From an uncultured Rhodobacteraceae bacterium (GTDB lineage Bacteria; Pseudomonadota; Alphaproteobacteria; Rhodobacterales; Rhodobacteraceae): 64,000 nucleotides of DNA. The notes beneath the pieces are model-generated. The model was not told where the DNA came from. It worked only from the letters and a program-made list of their open reading frames with translations, and did no database searches. The stretch's first letter is position 1; the number at the start of each line of letters is the position of its first letter. Below are positions 30,253 through 39,918 of this stretch, piece by piece. Position numbers and translations under genes: made by a program. Location: NCBI GenBank assembly GCA_937138255.1, contig CAKZOU010000033.1:14622-78621 (forward strand). Reading direction: 5' to 3'.

Positions 30253-31360
30253 CCTCGGGGCCGAAGACCTCCCAAACCACCCCGGCGATGCCGCTTGCGA
30301 ACATCAGGGCAATGCCCGTGCCGAAATTGAACACGCCGAAAGCGGTGGCGCGGATGTCGTCGGGAACAGTCGCCGCGACCTCGGCCGAGAGAAGCCCCGA
30401 CATCATGCCGAGGTGCAGCCCCCAGATACCCGAGGCGACGAGCGCCGTGCTGGTCGTGCCTGCCAGAGCCAGCAGGGCGTCGGCAACCACCAGAACGGCG
30501 ATGCCTGCCAGCAGAAGGCCACGCCGCCCGATCCGGTCGGAAATCACTCCGGCTGGATAGGCGGAAAGGGCGGCGCCCGCGTTCATCACGATCAGGACAA
30601 GCGGCAGATGCAGAAGGGAAAGGCCCAGATCTTGCGCACGAAGGATCACGAAAGCCTCTGAGAAGCGGGCGAGCGTGACAATGACGCCAAAACCAAAAAC
30701 CGCCCAGAAAGCCGCTGGCAGTTTGGGCAATTGCCAGACGGGCTGAGGCGCTTCGCTTCGGGGACCATGTTCCGGCTCGGCCACGCCAAGCCAAAGGACG
30801 GCCAGTGCGCCGAGGCCGGGAATGGCGGCCACCCAGAAGACCGCCCGCAGATCGCCCGCGAAAAGGCTCAGGAACAGAAGCGCCAAGAGGGGGCCGGCAA
30901 AGGCGCCGATATTGTCGAGCGATTGCCTGAGGCCAAAGGCCGCCCCGCGCTTGCCTTCGGGCGCGAGCGCCGCCACCAGCGCATCGCGCGGCGCGCCGCG
31001 GATGCCTTTGCCGAACCGGTCGGACAGTCGGGCGGCAAGCACCCAATAGGGCCCCGTCGCCAGCGCAAAGATCGGCTTGGACAGTGTTCCCAGCCCATAG
31101 CCCAAGAGCGCCAGAGGCTTGCGTTTGCCGATCCGGTCGGAAATCCGCCCCGAGAACAGCTTGACGATATTCGCCGTCCCCTCGCCCAAGCCCTCGACGA
31201 GGCCGACAAAGGCCACCGACGCGCCGAGCGAGCCCACGAGAAACGCGGGCAAAAGCGCGTGGATCATCTCCGACGAGATATCCATGAAGAGGCTCACAAG
31301 CCCCAGCGCCCAGATCCCGCGCGGCAGGCCGCTGCGCGGCGTTCTCGGGCTGTCGTTCAT
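30179..31360 (-). CDS. MFS transporter
   Basis: [19 protein letters not shown] and [10 protein letters not shown] motif A copies, [10 protein letters not shown]. Confidence 0.9.
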   Translation of the reverse strand: MNDSPRTPRSGLPRGIWALGLVSLFMDISSEMIHALLPAFLVGSLGASVAFVGLVEGLGEGTANIVKLFSGRISDRIGKRKPLALLGYGLGTLSKPIFALATGPYWVLAARLSDRFGKGIRGAPRDALVAALAPEGKRGAAFGLRQSLDNIGAFAGPLLALLFLSLFAGDLRAVFWVAAIPGLGALAVLWLGVAEPEHGPRSEAPQPVWQLPKLPAAFWAVFGFGVIVTLARFSEAFVILRAQDLGLSLLHLPLVLIVMNAGAALSAYPAGVISDRIGRRGLLLAGIAVLVVADALLALAGTTSTALVASGIWGLHLGMMSGLLSAEVAATVPDDIRATAFGVFNFGTGIALMFASGIAGVVWEVFGPEATFWLGGGLSVVALGLGLGLRRKA

Positions 31361-31363
31361 GTC

Positions 31364-31957
31364 CTACCAGACCTCTGGATCAATCCCCTGTTCGGCCAGC
31401 TTGGCGAACTTGTCCTGCAAGTAGCGTTGGAAGTGCTGGTTCTTGTAGTCTTGCGTCACCACATATTCGAGGCCCGAGATGAAGTGGAAGGGCTTGAAGT
31501 AGCCCGGCAGGCGGAACACCTCGGCTTCTCTCAGGCTCGTCGCGCCAACGGTTTCCGGCGGGAAGAAAAGCATCGTCGGCGTGAAATTGACAAACCATTT
31601 CACCGCGAGATCCCGCTCTTCCATTTCCTCGCCATCGAAATCGAGAACCGCGCGAGAGCCGAACATATCTAGCTGCACCACATCGAAGTGCTCGCTGAGA
31701 TAGCTCACGATCTCCTCGCGCTTAAAATTCACCTCGTGCAATTCGCGGCAATAGGGGCAGCCGCGCTGCTCGAACAAAACGGCCAGCGCCTTGCCCTGAT
31801 CGGCCGCTTCCTCATGGTCGAGCGCCATCTCCAGAAAGCTGTCTTTGAGAAAGTGTTCGTCGTAGAGCCCGTCGTCCCCGACAGTGCCCTGTGCCTGCGC
31901 GCGTCCGGCTGTCACAAGGCTGGCGGCGGACAGGGCGAGCAGTGTTCTACGATCCAT
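31364..31957 (-). CDS. SoxW-like thioredoxin-fold protein with twin-arginine-like signal
   Basis: MDRRTLL N-terminus, FEQRGCPYC, NFTPT, RLPGY. Confidence 0.8.
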   Translation of the reverse strand: MDRRTLLALSAASLVTAGRAQAQGTVGDDGLYDEHFLKDSFLEMALDHEEAADQGKALAVLFEQRGCPYCRELHEVNFKREEIVSYLSEHFDVVQLDMFGSRAVLDFDGEEMEERDLAVKWFVNFTPTMLFFPPETVGATSLREAEVFRLPGYFKPFHFISGLEYVVTQDYKNQHFQRYLQDKFAKLAEQGIDPEVW

Positions 31958-32008
31958 GGTCGTCTCCCTGTTCCCAGTTCCGTGGGGCCAGTCTAGCAGG
32001 GGCGCAAC

Positions 32009-32040
32009 AAAAAAGGCCCCACAATTTCGTGTGGGGCCTT
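32009..32040 (-). terminator. Rho-independent terminator after pntB
   Basis: Minus strand AAGGCCCCACA-CGAAAT-TGTGGGGCCTT followed by TTTT. Confidence 0.85.
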
Positions 32041-32057
32041 CTATGGGTCGGATTTTC

Positions 32058-33491
32058 CTACTGGATCCGCGTCAGAAGATCGTCGAGCGATTTCTTGGCA
32101 TCGCCATAGAACATCCGCGTGTTTTCCTTATAGAACAGCGGATTTTCGATCCCCGAATAGCCGGTGCCTTGGCCCCGCTTGGAGACGAACACCTGCTTGG
32201 CCTTCCAGCATTCCAGAACCGGCATCCCGGCGATGGGGCTGCCCGGGTCTTCCTGAGCGGCGGGGTTCACGATGTCGTTCGAGCCAATAACGATGGCCAC
32301 GTCCGTCGTCGGGAAATCCTCATTGATCTCGTCCATTTCCAGCACGATGTCGTAGGGCACCTTGGCCTCGGCCAGAAGCACGTTCATGTGGCCCGGCAGG
32401 CGGCCAGCGACGGGGTGGATCGCGAAGCGGACGGTCTTGCCCTTGGCCCGCAGGCGGCGGGTCAGTTCCGCCACGTTCTGCTGCGCCTGCGCCACGGCCA
32501 TGCCATAGCCCGGGATTATGATGACGCTGTCGGCATCGTCGAGGGCGGCGGCAACGCCATCGACGTCGATCGCCACCTGCTCACCGTCGATTTCCATGGC
32601 GGGGCCGGTGGTATTGCCGAAACCGCCAAGGATCACGCTGATGAACGAGCGGTTCATCGCCTTGCACATGATATAGCTCAGGATCGCACCCGAGGAACCG
32701 ACAAGCGCACCGACGACGATCAGAAGGTCGTTGCCAAGCGAGAAGCCGATCGCGGCGGCGGCCCAGCCCGAGTAGCTGTTGAGCATCGAGACGACCACAG
32801 GCATATCCGCGCCGCCGATCCCCATGATCAGGTGATAGCCGATGAAGAACGCCAGAAGCGTCATCGCGATCAGCGTCCAGAGGCCTGCGCCGTTGAGGAA
32901 CATGGCGAGGAGAACGAGGCTGCCCAGCGCCGCACCGGCGTTCAGCGCGTGGCCGCCCGGCAGCTTGGTCGCTTTCGAGGTGAGCTTGCCCGCAAGCTTG
33001 CCGAAGGCCACGACCGATCCGGTGAAGGTCACCGCACCGATGAAGACCCCGAGGAAGACTTCGACCTTGAGGATGGTCTGTTCGACCGCATCCTTATGGG
33101 CGAGGATCGCGGCAAAGCCTTCGAGCGCCTCGCGCTCTTCCGCACTCATCGCCAGCACGCGGCCAAGCTCGAGATAGGCGTTGTAGCCGACGAACACGGC
33201 CGCCAGACCCACGAGCGAGTGCATCGCGGCGACAAGCTGGGGCATTTCGGTCATCTGCACGCGCTTGGCGACGATAGTGCCGATGATGCCACCGGCGACG
33301 ATCAAGACGACAGAGAGCATCCAGAGGCCCGCGCCGGGGCCGACGAGGGTCGCGGCCACGGCCAAGGCCATACCGGCGATGCCATACCAGACGGCGCGCT
33401 TGGCGCTTTCCTGCCCCGAAAGGCCGCCGAGCGAGAGGATGAACAGGACAGCCGCGACGACATAGGCGGCGGTGGTGAAACCGATTTCCAT
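32058..33491 (-). CDS. pntB: NAD(P) transhydrogenase beta subunit
   Basis: [40 protein letters not shown]. Confidence 0.97.
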   Translation of the reverse strand: MEIGFTTAAYVVAAVLFILSLGGLSGQESAKRAVWYGIAGMALAVAATLVGPGAGLWMLSVVLIVAGGIIGTIVAKRVQMTEMPQLVAAMHSLVGLAAVFVGYNAYLELGRVLAMSAEEREALEGFAAILAHKDAVEQTILKVEVFLGVFIGAVTFTGSVVAFGKLAGKLTSKATKLPGGHALNAGAALGSLVLLAMFLNGAGLWTLIAMTLLAFFIGYHLIMGIGGADMPVVVSMLNSYSGWAAAAIGFSLGNDLLIVVGALVGSSGAILSYIMCKAMNRSFISVILGGFGNTTGPAMEIDGEQVAIDVDGVAAALDDADSVIIIPGYGMAVAQAQQNVAELTRRLRAKGKTVRFAIHPVAGRLPGHMNVLLAEAKVPYDIVLEMDEINEDFPTTDVAIVIGSNDIVNPAAQEDPGSPIAGMPVLECWKAKQVFVSKRGQGTGYSGIENPLFYKENTRMFYGDAKKSLDDLLTRIQ

Positions 33492-33504
33492 TTGCCCGGC
33501 CTCC

Positions 33505-35076
33505 TTAGGATTTCTGGAACATGGCGAGCATTCGCCGGGTGACGAGGAAGCCGCCGAAGATGTTGATAGCAGCCATGAAGACCGAGAGCGCGGCGAGGAT
33601 GATCACAAGCGTCGATCCCGACCCGATCTGCAACAGAGCACCAAGGATGATGATCGACGAGATCGCGTTGGTCACGGCCATCAAGGGCGTGTGCAAGCTG
33701 TGGCTTACATTCCAGATCACCTGGAAGCCGATGAACACCGACAGGACGAAGACGATGAAGTGCTGCATGAAGCTTGCGGGCGTATAAAGTCCGGCCAGCA
33801 GCATCAGCGCCGCACCGACACCCAGAAGCGTGACCTGATTGCGGGTCTGGGCCTTGAAGGCCGCCACTTCAAGCGCGCGTTTCTCTTCCGCGGTCAGCTC
33901 CTTCGGCTTTTCCTTCTTCTGCACCGCAATCGCCTGAACCTTGGGCGGTGGCGGCGGGAAGGTGATCGCGCCATTGTGGGTCACCGTGGCGCCGCGGATC
34001 ACGTCGTCTTCCATGTTGTGGTTGACGATGCCGTCCTTCTCGGGCGTCAGGTCGGTCATCATGTGGCGGATATTGGTCGAGTAAAGCGTCGAGGCTTGGG
34101 CAGCCATCCGGCTCGGGAAGTCGGTATAGCCGATGATGATCACGCCGTTATCGGTGACGATCCGCTCGTCGGCCTTGGTCAGCTTGCAGTTGCCGCCCTT
34201 TTCGGCGGCAAGGTCGATAATGACAGAACCGGGCTTCATGGCCTTCACCATGTCCTCGGTCCAAAGTTCGGGCGCTTCGCGGTTGGGGATGAGGGCCGTG
34301 GTGATCACGATATCCATCTCCGGCGCGATCTCGCGGAATTTCTTGAGCTGCGCCTCGCGGAATTCGGGGCTCGAGGGGGCCGCATAGCCGCCGGTGGTGG
34401 CGCCATCCTGCTGAGCCTCTTCAAAATCGAGATAGACGAACTCGGCGCCCATCGATTCCACCTGCTCGGCCACTTCGGGGCGCACGTCGAAGGCATAGGT
34501 GATCGCGCCCAGCGATGTCGCCGTGCCGATCGCGGCGAGGCCAGCCACACCGGCGCCGACCACGAGAACCTTGGCGGGCGGCACCTTGCCGGCGGCGGTC
34601 ACCTGACCGGTGAAGAAGCGGCCAAAGTTGTTGCCCGCCTCGATCACCGCGCGGTAGCCCGCGATATTCGCCATCGACGAAAGCGCGTCCATCTTCTGGG
34701 CGCGGCTGATGCGAGGCACCATCTCCATCGCGATGACATTGGCGCCTTTCGAGGCGGCCAGCTCCATCAGCGCCGCGTTGGCGCCGGGATTGAAGAAGGA
34801 AATGAGCGTCTGGCCCTCGCGCAGCCGCTTGACCTCGGCCTCGGTGGGCACGCGGACCTTGGCGACGATATCGGCCGCCTTGAAAAGCGCGGCGGCGGTC
34901 TTGACGACCTCGACACCGGCCTCCTTGTAGGTCGCGTCCGAGAAACCGGCCTTCTCGCCGGCGCCTGTTTCTATCACGCACTCATAGCCGAGCTTCTGCA
35001 GATCGCGGGCCGAAGCCGGGGTCATGGCGACCCGGTTTTCGCCCTCAATGATTTCCTTTGGTGCACCGATTTTCAC
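33505..35076 (-). CDS. pntA: NAD(P) transhydrogenase alpha subunit (single polypeptide)
   Basis: [37 protein letters not shown] start after GGAGG. Confidence 0.97.
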   Translation of the reverse strand: MKIGAPKEIIEGENRVAMTPASARDLQKLGYECVIETGAGEKAGFSDATYKEAGVEVVKTAAALFKAADIVAKVRVPTEAEVKRLREGQTLISFFNPGANAALMELAASKGANVIAMEMVPRISRAQKMDALSSMANIAGYRAVIEAGNNFGRFFTGQVTAAGKVPPAKVLVVGAGVAGLAAIGTATSLGAITYAFDVRPEVAEQVESMGAEFVYLDFEEAQQDGATTGGYAAPSSPEFREAQLKKFREIAPEMDIVITTALIPNREAPELWTEDMVKAMKPGSVIIDLAAEKGGNCKLTKADERIVTDNGVIIIGYTDFPSRMAAQASTLYSTNIRHMMTDLTPEKDGIVNHNMEDDVIRGATVTHNGAITFPPPPPKVQAIAVQKKEKPKELTAEEKRALEVAAFKAQTRNQVTLLGVGAALMLLAGLYTPASFMQHFIVFVLSVFIGFQVIWNVSHSLHTPLMAVTNAISSIIILGALLQIGSGSTLVIILAALSVFMAAINIFGGFLVTRRMLAMFQKS

Positions 35077-35198
35077 GGGCGGACCTCCCTCTTCACTGTG
35101 CTTTGCGCCCTTTTACTGAACGCACCTTGATTTCACAACGCAACGAGATTGCGTCACTTTGCCGGCCCAAGCGCCGGTAACGTCACGGAACAATGCCT

Positions 35199-35666
35199 TC
35201 AAAGCCATCTGCGGGTCTTCGCGCAGTAGCGGGCGAAGTCGGCGCGATATTTGCGCCGCAGCCGATCTTCCTCGGCAAAGATGAAATGCCGCTCGATCCA
35301 CCACAGAAAGATCGGCACCAGAACCAGCGCCTCGGGCGCGTCGAGTTTGAGTATGAACCCAGTCAGCACCAGCACATCGCCCAGATAGATCGGGTTGCGG
35401 CTGCGGCGGAAGATGCCCGATTGCACCAGATGCGTGGCTTCCTTGTGTGGAATGAATGTCGTGCGCCACTTTCGCATCTCGACCACAGCCAAGAGCATCA
35501 GGATCAGGCCACCGCCAATCAGGATACCCGCCAGAAAATCCGACCATCCGCCGCCAAAGCTCAGCCCCCAGAGGTCTGCGCGAGCCAAGCCCCACGCGAC
35601 CGCGCCAAAGAGCGCAAGCCAGACGGGTGGAATGTCTATCCACTTGAGCAAACCCTGTTCCTCCAT
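35199..35666 (-). CDS. Isoprenylcysteine carboxyl methyltransferase family membrane protein
   Basis: LVQSGIFRRSRNPIYLG, EEDRL, RYCAKTRRWL; start uncertain. Confidence 0.85.
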   Translation of the reverse strand: MEEQGLLKWIDIPPVWLALFGAVAWGLARADLWGLSFGGGWSDFLAGILIGGGLILMLLAVVEMRKWRTTFIPHKEATHLVQSGIFRRSRNPIYLGDVLVLTGFILKLDAPEALVLVPIFLWWIERHFIFAEEDRLRRKYRADFARYCAKTRRWL

Positions 35667-35814
35667 TCCGAGCAAGGTAGACATTCAAAAACATGCATGT
35701 CTACGTAAAACGATCCCTGCGGCGGCTTGTCCTACCGGGCCTTCCCCTTGGCCCGTCGACAGACTAGACCGTTCCAGAGCCAATGCACCTCCAATTTCGA
35801 GGAAACCCGCTTTC

Positions 35815-37023
35815 ATGACCGATTTCGCCGCCACCAAGGCCCGTTTTCACCTCCCCAAGGACGTCATCTACCTCGATGGCAACAGCCTCGGCCCCCTGCC
35901 CAAGGCGGCAGCCGGTCGCATGGCCTCGGCGGTCACCCACGAATGGGGCGAGATGCTGATCACCGGCTGGAACCGTGGCGGGCGCGACGGGGCGGGATGG
36001 ATGGCGATGCCCACCGGGATCGGCGACCGGATCGCGCGGCTGATCGGCGCCGAGCCGGGCCATGTGGTCATGGGCGATACGCTGTCGATCAAGGTCTATC
36101 AGGCGCTGGCCTCGGCCATCGAGATGCGCCCTGATCGCAAGGTGATCCTGTCGGACAGCGGCAACTTCCCCTCCGACCTCTATATCGCGCAGGGGCTGAT
36201 CCAGAGCCTCGGGCGCGGGCTTGAACTGAAGGTCGTGGCCCCTGAGGATATCGCCAACCACATCGACGAGACCGTGGCCGCCACCCTCATCACCGAGGTC
36301 GACTACCGGACAGGCCGCCTGCATGACATGAAGGCGCTGACTGCCAAGGCCCACGCCGCAGGCGCTCTGGCGATCTGGGATCTGGCGCATACCGCTGGCG
36401 CGACCGAGGTCGATCTGGCGGGCGCGAAAGCCGATTTCGCCGTTGGCTGCACCTATAAATACCTCAACGGCGGCCCGGGCGCGCCCGCTTTCATCTATGT
36501 GGCCCCGCGCCATGCCGAAGTGGCCCGCCCTGCGCTCTCGGGCTGGCTCGGCCACGAGGCGCCCTTCGCCTTCGATCTCGACTACCGCCCCGGCCACGGG
36601 ATCGAGCGGATGCGCGTCGGCACCCCGCCGGTTCTGGCGCTGGCCGCGCTCGAGGCATCGCTCGACATCTGGGACATGACCACGATGGCCGATATCCGCG
36701 CCCGCTCAATCGAACTGACCGAGGCTTTCGTCGAAGGCGTCGAAGCCGCCTGCCCGATGCTCACCCTCGCCTCGCCCCGCGAGCCGAACCTGCGCGGCAG
36801 CCAGATCTCGTTCCGCTTCGAAGACGGCTATGCCGCCATGCAGGCCCTCATCGCGCGTGGCGTGATCGGCGATTTCCGCGCGCCCGATATCATGCGTTTC
36901 GGCTTCACACCGCTCTATATCGACGTAGGCGACGTGGCGAAGGCCGTCGATATCATCGCGGATGTGATGAACCGCCGCCTTTGGGACCGCCCGGAATACC
37001 GCAAGAAAGCCCGCGTGACGTGA
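35815..37023 (+). CDS. kynU: Kynureninase
   Basis: YLDGNSLG, WDLAH, GCTYKYLNGGPG. Confidence 0.96.
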   Translation: MTDFAATKARFHLPKDVIYLDGNSLGPLPKAAAGRMASAVTHEWGEMLITGWNRGGRDGAGWMAMPTGIGDRIARLIGAEPGHVVMGDTLSIKVYQALASAIEMRPDRKVILSDSGNFPSDLYIAQGLIQSLGRGLELKVVAPEDIANHIDETVAATLITEVDYRTGRLHDMKALTAKAHAAGALAIWDLAHTAGATEVDLAGAKADFAVGCTYKYLNGGPGAPAFIYVAPRHAEVARPALSGWLGHEAPFAFDLDYRPGHGIERMRVGTPPVLALAALEASLDIWDMTTMADIRARSIELTEAFVEGVEAACPMLTLASPREPNLRGSQISFRFEDGYAAMQALIARGVIGDFRAPDIMRFGFTPLYIDVGDVAKAVDIIADVMNRRLWDRPEYRKKARVT

Positions 37024-37505
37024 ACTTTCACGTCCGCCCCTACTGTGCCGAGGATCGGGCCGCGATGGCTGAGGTCTTCTACCGCGCGGTTCGGGAGGGG
37101 GCGAAGGGCGCCTATAGCGAGGCGCAGCTTGAGGCATGGGCGCCGCAGGCCGAGCCGAATTGGGACAGGCCTGACAAGCTCCTCGACCAATGGGCTTGGG
37201 TGGCGCTTGACGATCAGGGCCGGATGCTGGGTTTCATGACGCTCGATCGCACCGGCTATCTCGACATGGCCTTTGTCATCCCCGAAGCGAAGGGCACAAA
37301 GGTCGCGCCTTCGCTCCATGCCTCGCTCCTCGCGCAGGCTCGCGATGCGGGGCTGACCCGCCTGACCGTCCGCGCCTCGATCCTTGCCCGCCGGTTCTTT
37401 CTCAAGCAGGGCTGGCAGGTAGACCGGAGGCATATGCACGACGCAGCCGGCCAGATCTACGAGACCTATCTGATGTCGCTCACGCTTGGCGCCGCCCCAG
37501 ATTAG
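37020..37505 (+). CDS. GNAT family N-acetyltransferase (YafP-like)
   Basis: YSEAQLEAWAP, YLDMAFV, ARRFFLKQGW; GTGA overlap with kynU. Confidence 0.82.
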   Translation: MNFHVRPYCAEDRAAMAEVFYRAVREGAKGAYSEAQLEAWAPQAEPNWDRPDKLLDQWAWVALDDQGRMLGFMTLDRTGYLDMAFVIPEAKGTKVAPSLHASLLAQARDAGLTRLTVRASILARRFFLKQGWQVDRRHMHDAAGQIYETYLMSLTLGAAPD

Positions 37506-38277
37506 GCCCCGAAGCCCAAAGGACCGCCCCACAGGCTGCAATCAGGAAGGCAAAATAGGCGAGGCCCCCCGCATCGCTTTCCAAGGCCGGAAAGACATAA
37601 TGCGCCCAGTTGAACGAAGCGTGCATGACCATCACCGCCAGCAGGCTGCCGCCGCTTCGATTGTAGATCCACGTTAGCAAGACCGACAACAGGACCGTCG
37701 ACAGAGTGAGGCCCCAGAAGGGCTTGTCGTAATAGATCCCGGCACTCGGCAACTGGAACAGAGGCAAGTGCCAGACCGCCCAGACAAGACCGATCCCGAC
37801 CGTTGCCACAAGCGGGCTGACCCTTGCTTGCGCTTCGTCAAGCAGCGTGCCGCGCCATCCGGCTTCTTCCTGAAGCGGACCCCCGAGCAGGAGAATGAAC
37901 ACGAACGAGATCGGCACCGCGACCGGATTAGCCAGCGCTTCCGATGCGGGGCGGGCTCCGTCGACCATGCCGGCGACGACCCACGCGCCGCCGATGACCA
38001 CAGGAAGAAGCAGAAAGGCGGCGGCCCAGCAGAAACCGGCAAAACGCCATTGAATCAGCCTTTTCAACAGACGTCGAACCCCTTGCCCTCCGTCATATGC
38101 GAACGATGCAACGAGCGCCCCGATCAACGGCCCCCATGCGGCAAATGCGCCTGTCACAAGAAACTCTGGCAGACCTTCCGGCACTTGCCACGCGCCCGAA
38201 GAAAACCGGGCCGCCGGCCACCACTGCCCCCATGACCAAAGGAATGTCACGCCCAGGAATACCGATAAACGTCCCAC
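37480..38277 (-). CDS. CPBP (Abi/CAAX protease) family intramembrane glutamic endopeptidase
   Basis: EEAGWRG, WAVWHLP, HASFN; GTG start after GGAGG. Confidence 0.9.
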   Translation of the reverse strand: MGRLSVFLGVTFLWSWGQWWPAARFSSGAWQVPEGLPEFLVTGAFAAWGPLIGALVASFAYDGGQGVRRLLKRLIQWRFAGFCWAAAFLLLPVVIGGAWVVAGMVDGARPASEALANPVAVPISFVFILLLGGPLQEEAGWRGTLLDEAQARVSPLVATVGIGLVWAVWHLPLFQLPSAGIYYDKPFWGLTLSTVLLSVLLTWIYNRSGGSLLAVMVMHASFNWAHYVFPALESDAGGLAYFAFLIAACGAVLWASGPNLGRRQA

Positions 38278-38541
38278 TGGATCCTCCCTCGTTACCCACA
38301 ATCCAACTATTTGCCGCGCTCCGAGCTATTGCAATGAATTTGGCTGAACGGCAGAGTGACAGGCGACACTCGGGATCGCGACAATGCAGCTTGGAATGAT
38401 CGGACCCTCCGTTTTCGGCGTGCCGCTTTGCCGGCCGGCCGGGTGGGTTTCTGCATGGCGAAAGATGGCGGCCCAAAGCATGAAAGACGCCCCTCTGCGG
38501 CGTTGATCCCGCTTTCGTTTTCCCGCCTTCAGGAGTTTCAG

Positions 38542-39375
38542 ATGACCGACCCGATCAATCCCGCCGACCACGGCGCGCAAATGGCCTTTGATGGCCGTAT
38601 GTCCTATACCGACTACCTCTCGCTCGATGCGATCCTCACCGCGCAGCACCCGCTCTCTGACGCCCATGACGAGATGCTGTTCATCATCCAGCACCAGACC
38701 TCCGAGCTTTGGATGCGGCTTGCCCTGCACGAGCTTACCGCCGCCCGCGCAGCACTTGTTGCAGGCGAAACCGCCCCCGCCTTCAAGATGCTCGCCCGCG
38801 TCTCACGGATCTTCGAGCAACTGAACTCCGCCTGGGACGTGCTGCGCACGATGACGCCCTCCGACTACACCCGCTTCCGCAAGTCACTGGGGCAGTCGTC
38901 GGGCTTTCAAAGCTGGCAATACCGGCTCATCGAATTCATGCTGGGCAACCGCAACCGCACTATGCTCAAACCCCACGCCCACCGCCCCGACCTTCTGGCC
39001 GCGCTCGAGGCGGAGCTTGCAAAGCCGTCGCTTTACGACGTGGCGCTTGGGCTTTTGTCGGAAACCTTCCCCTTGCCCGAGGCAATCCTGAACCGGGATT
39101 TCTCGGCCCCCTACGCGCCCGATCCCGCCGTCGAGGCGGCATGGACCGAGGTCTACCGCGCGCCGGAAACGCATTGGCGGCTTTATGAGCTTGCCGAAAA
39201 ACTCGTCGATTTCGAGGACTACTTTCGCCGCTGGCGGTTCAACCATGTCACTACGGTCGAGCGCGTCATCGGCTTCAAGCGCGGCACCGGCGGGACGGGC
39301 GGGGTCGACTATCTCAAGAAGATGCTCTCGGTCGAGCTTTTCCCCGAGCTTTGGCACCTCAGAACAACACTTTAG
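38542..39375 (+). CDS. kynA: Tryptophan 2,3-dioxygenase
   Basis: [33 protein letters not shown]. Confidence 0.96.
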   Translation: MTDPINPADHGAQMAFDGRMSYTDYLSLDAILTAQHPLSDAHDEMLFIIQHQTSELWMRLALHELTAARAALVAGETAPAFKMLARVSRIFEQLNSAWDVLRTMTPSDYTRFRKSLGQSSGFQSWQYRLIEFMLGNRNRTMLKPHAHRPDLLAALEAELAKPSLYDVALGLLSETFPLPEAILNRDFSAPYAPDPAVEAAWTEVYRAPETHWRLYELAEKLVDFEDYFRRWRFNHVTTVERVIGFKRGTGGTGGVDYLKKMLSVELFPELWHLRTTL

Positions 39376-39447
39376 CCGGAAAGACTGATCTCTTGGCTTG
39401 CCTTGCGCGTATGCATGAGGCCCACTTAGGAAAACCGCGAGGCAGGC

Positions 39448-39915
39448 ATGATGAGAACACTTCTGATTAACGGCAAGGTGCATCGGGTGGACCTGCCCGA
39501 TGAAGTCCCCCTCCTGTGGGTTCTGCGCGACGAGTTGGGCCTGACCGGCACCAAATACGGCTGCGGCGTCGCGGCCTGCGGGGCCTGCACGGTGCATATG
39601 AACGGCGAGGCGGTGCGCAGCTGTCAGGTGGCTCTGGGCGATGTGACGGGGGCGATCGTGACGATCGAGGGCCTCGGCACGCCCGAGAAGCTGTCGGTTC
39701 TGCAAGAGACATGGGCCGATCATCAGGTGGCCCAATGCGGCTACTGCCAATCTGGCCAGATCATGCAGGCGGCCGACCTTCTGGCACGCGTTTCCGAACC
39801 ATCGGACGACGAGATCGACGAGGCCATGCAGGGTAATCTCTGCCGCTGCGGCACCTATCCCCGCATCCGCGCCGCGATCCATGATGCGGCAGCGCGCATC
39901 AAGGCGGAGGGCTAG
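39448..39915 (+). CDS. 2Fe-2S small subunit, isoquinoline 1-oxidoreductase alpha-like
   Basis: [32 protein letters not shown]. Confidence 0.92.
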   Translation: MMRTLLINGKVHRVDLPDEVPLLWVLRDELGLTGTKYGCGVAACGACTVHMNGEAVRSCQVALGDVTGAIVTIEGLGTPEKLSVLQETWADHQVAQCGYCQSGQIMQAADLLARVSEPSDDEIDEAMQGNLCRCGTYPRIRAAIHDAAARIKAEG

Positions 39916-39918
39916 GAT

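Noticed and set aside
31884..35130. Two 552-aa plus-strand ORFs
   Set aside because: Antisense shadows of pntB and pntA.
35395..35814. Long N-terminal extensions in the ORF track (kynU; also glmU, kynA, nuoA, cytochrome c2)
   Set aside because: They overlap opposite-strand genes or promoters; downstream starts fit family lengths.
38302..38541. Possible Trp leader peptide or riboswitch before kynA
   Set aside because: Only one Trp codon in the in-frame extension; no terminator or recognisable aptamer.
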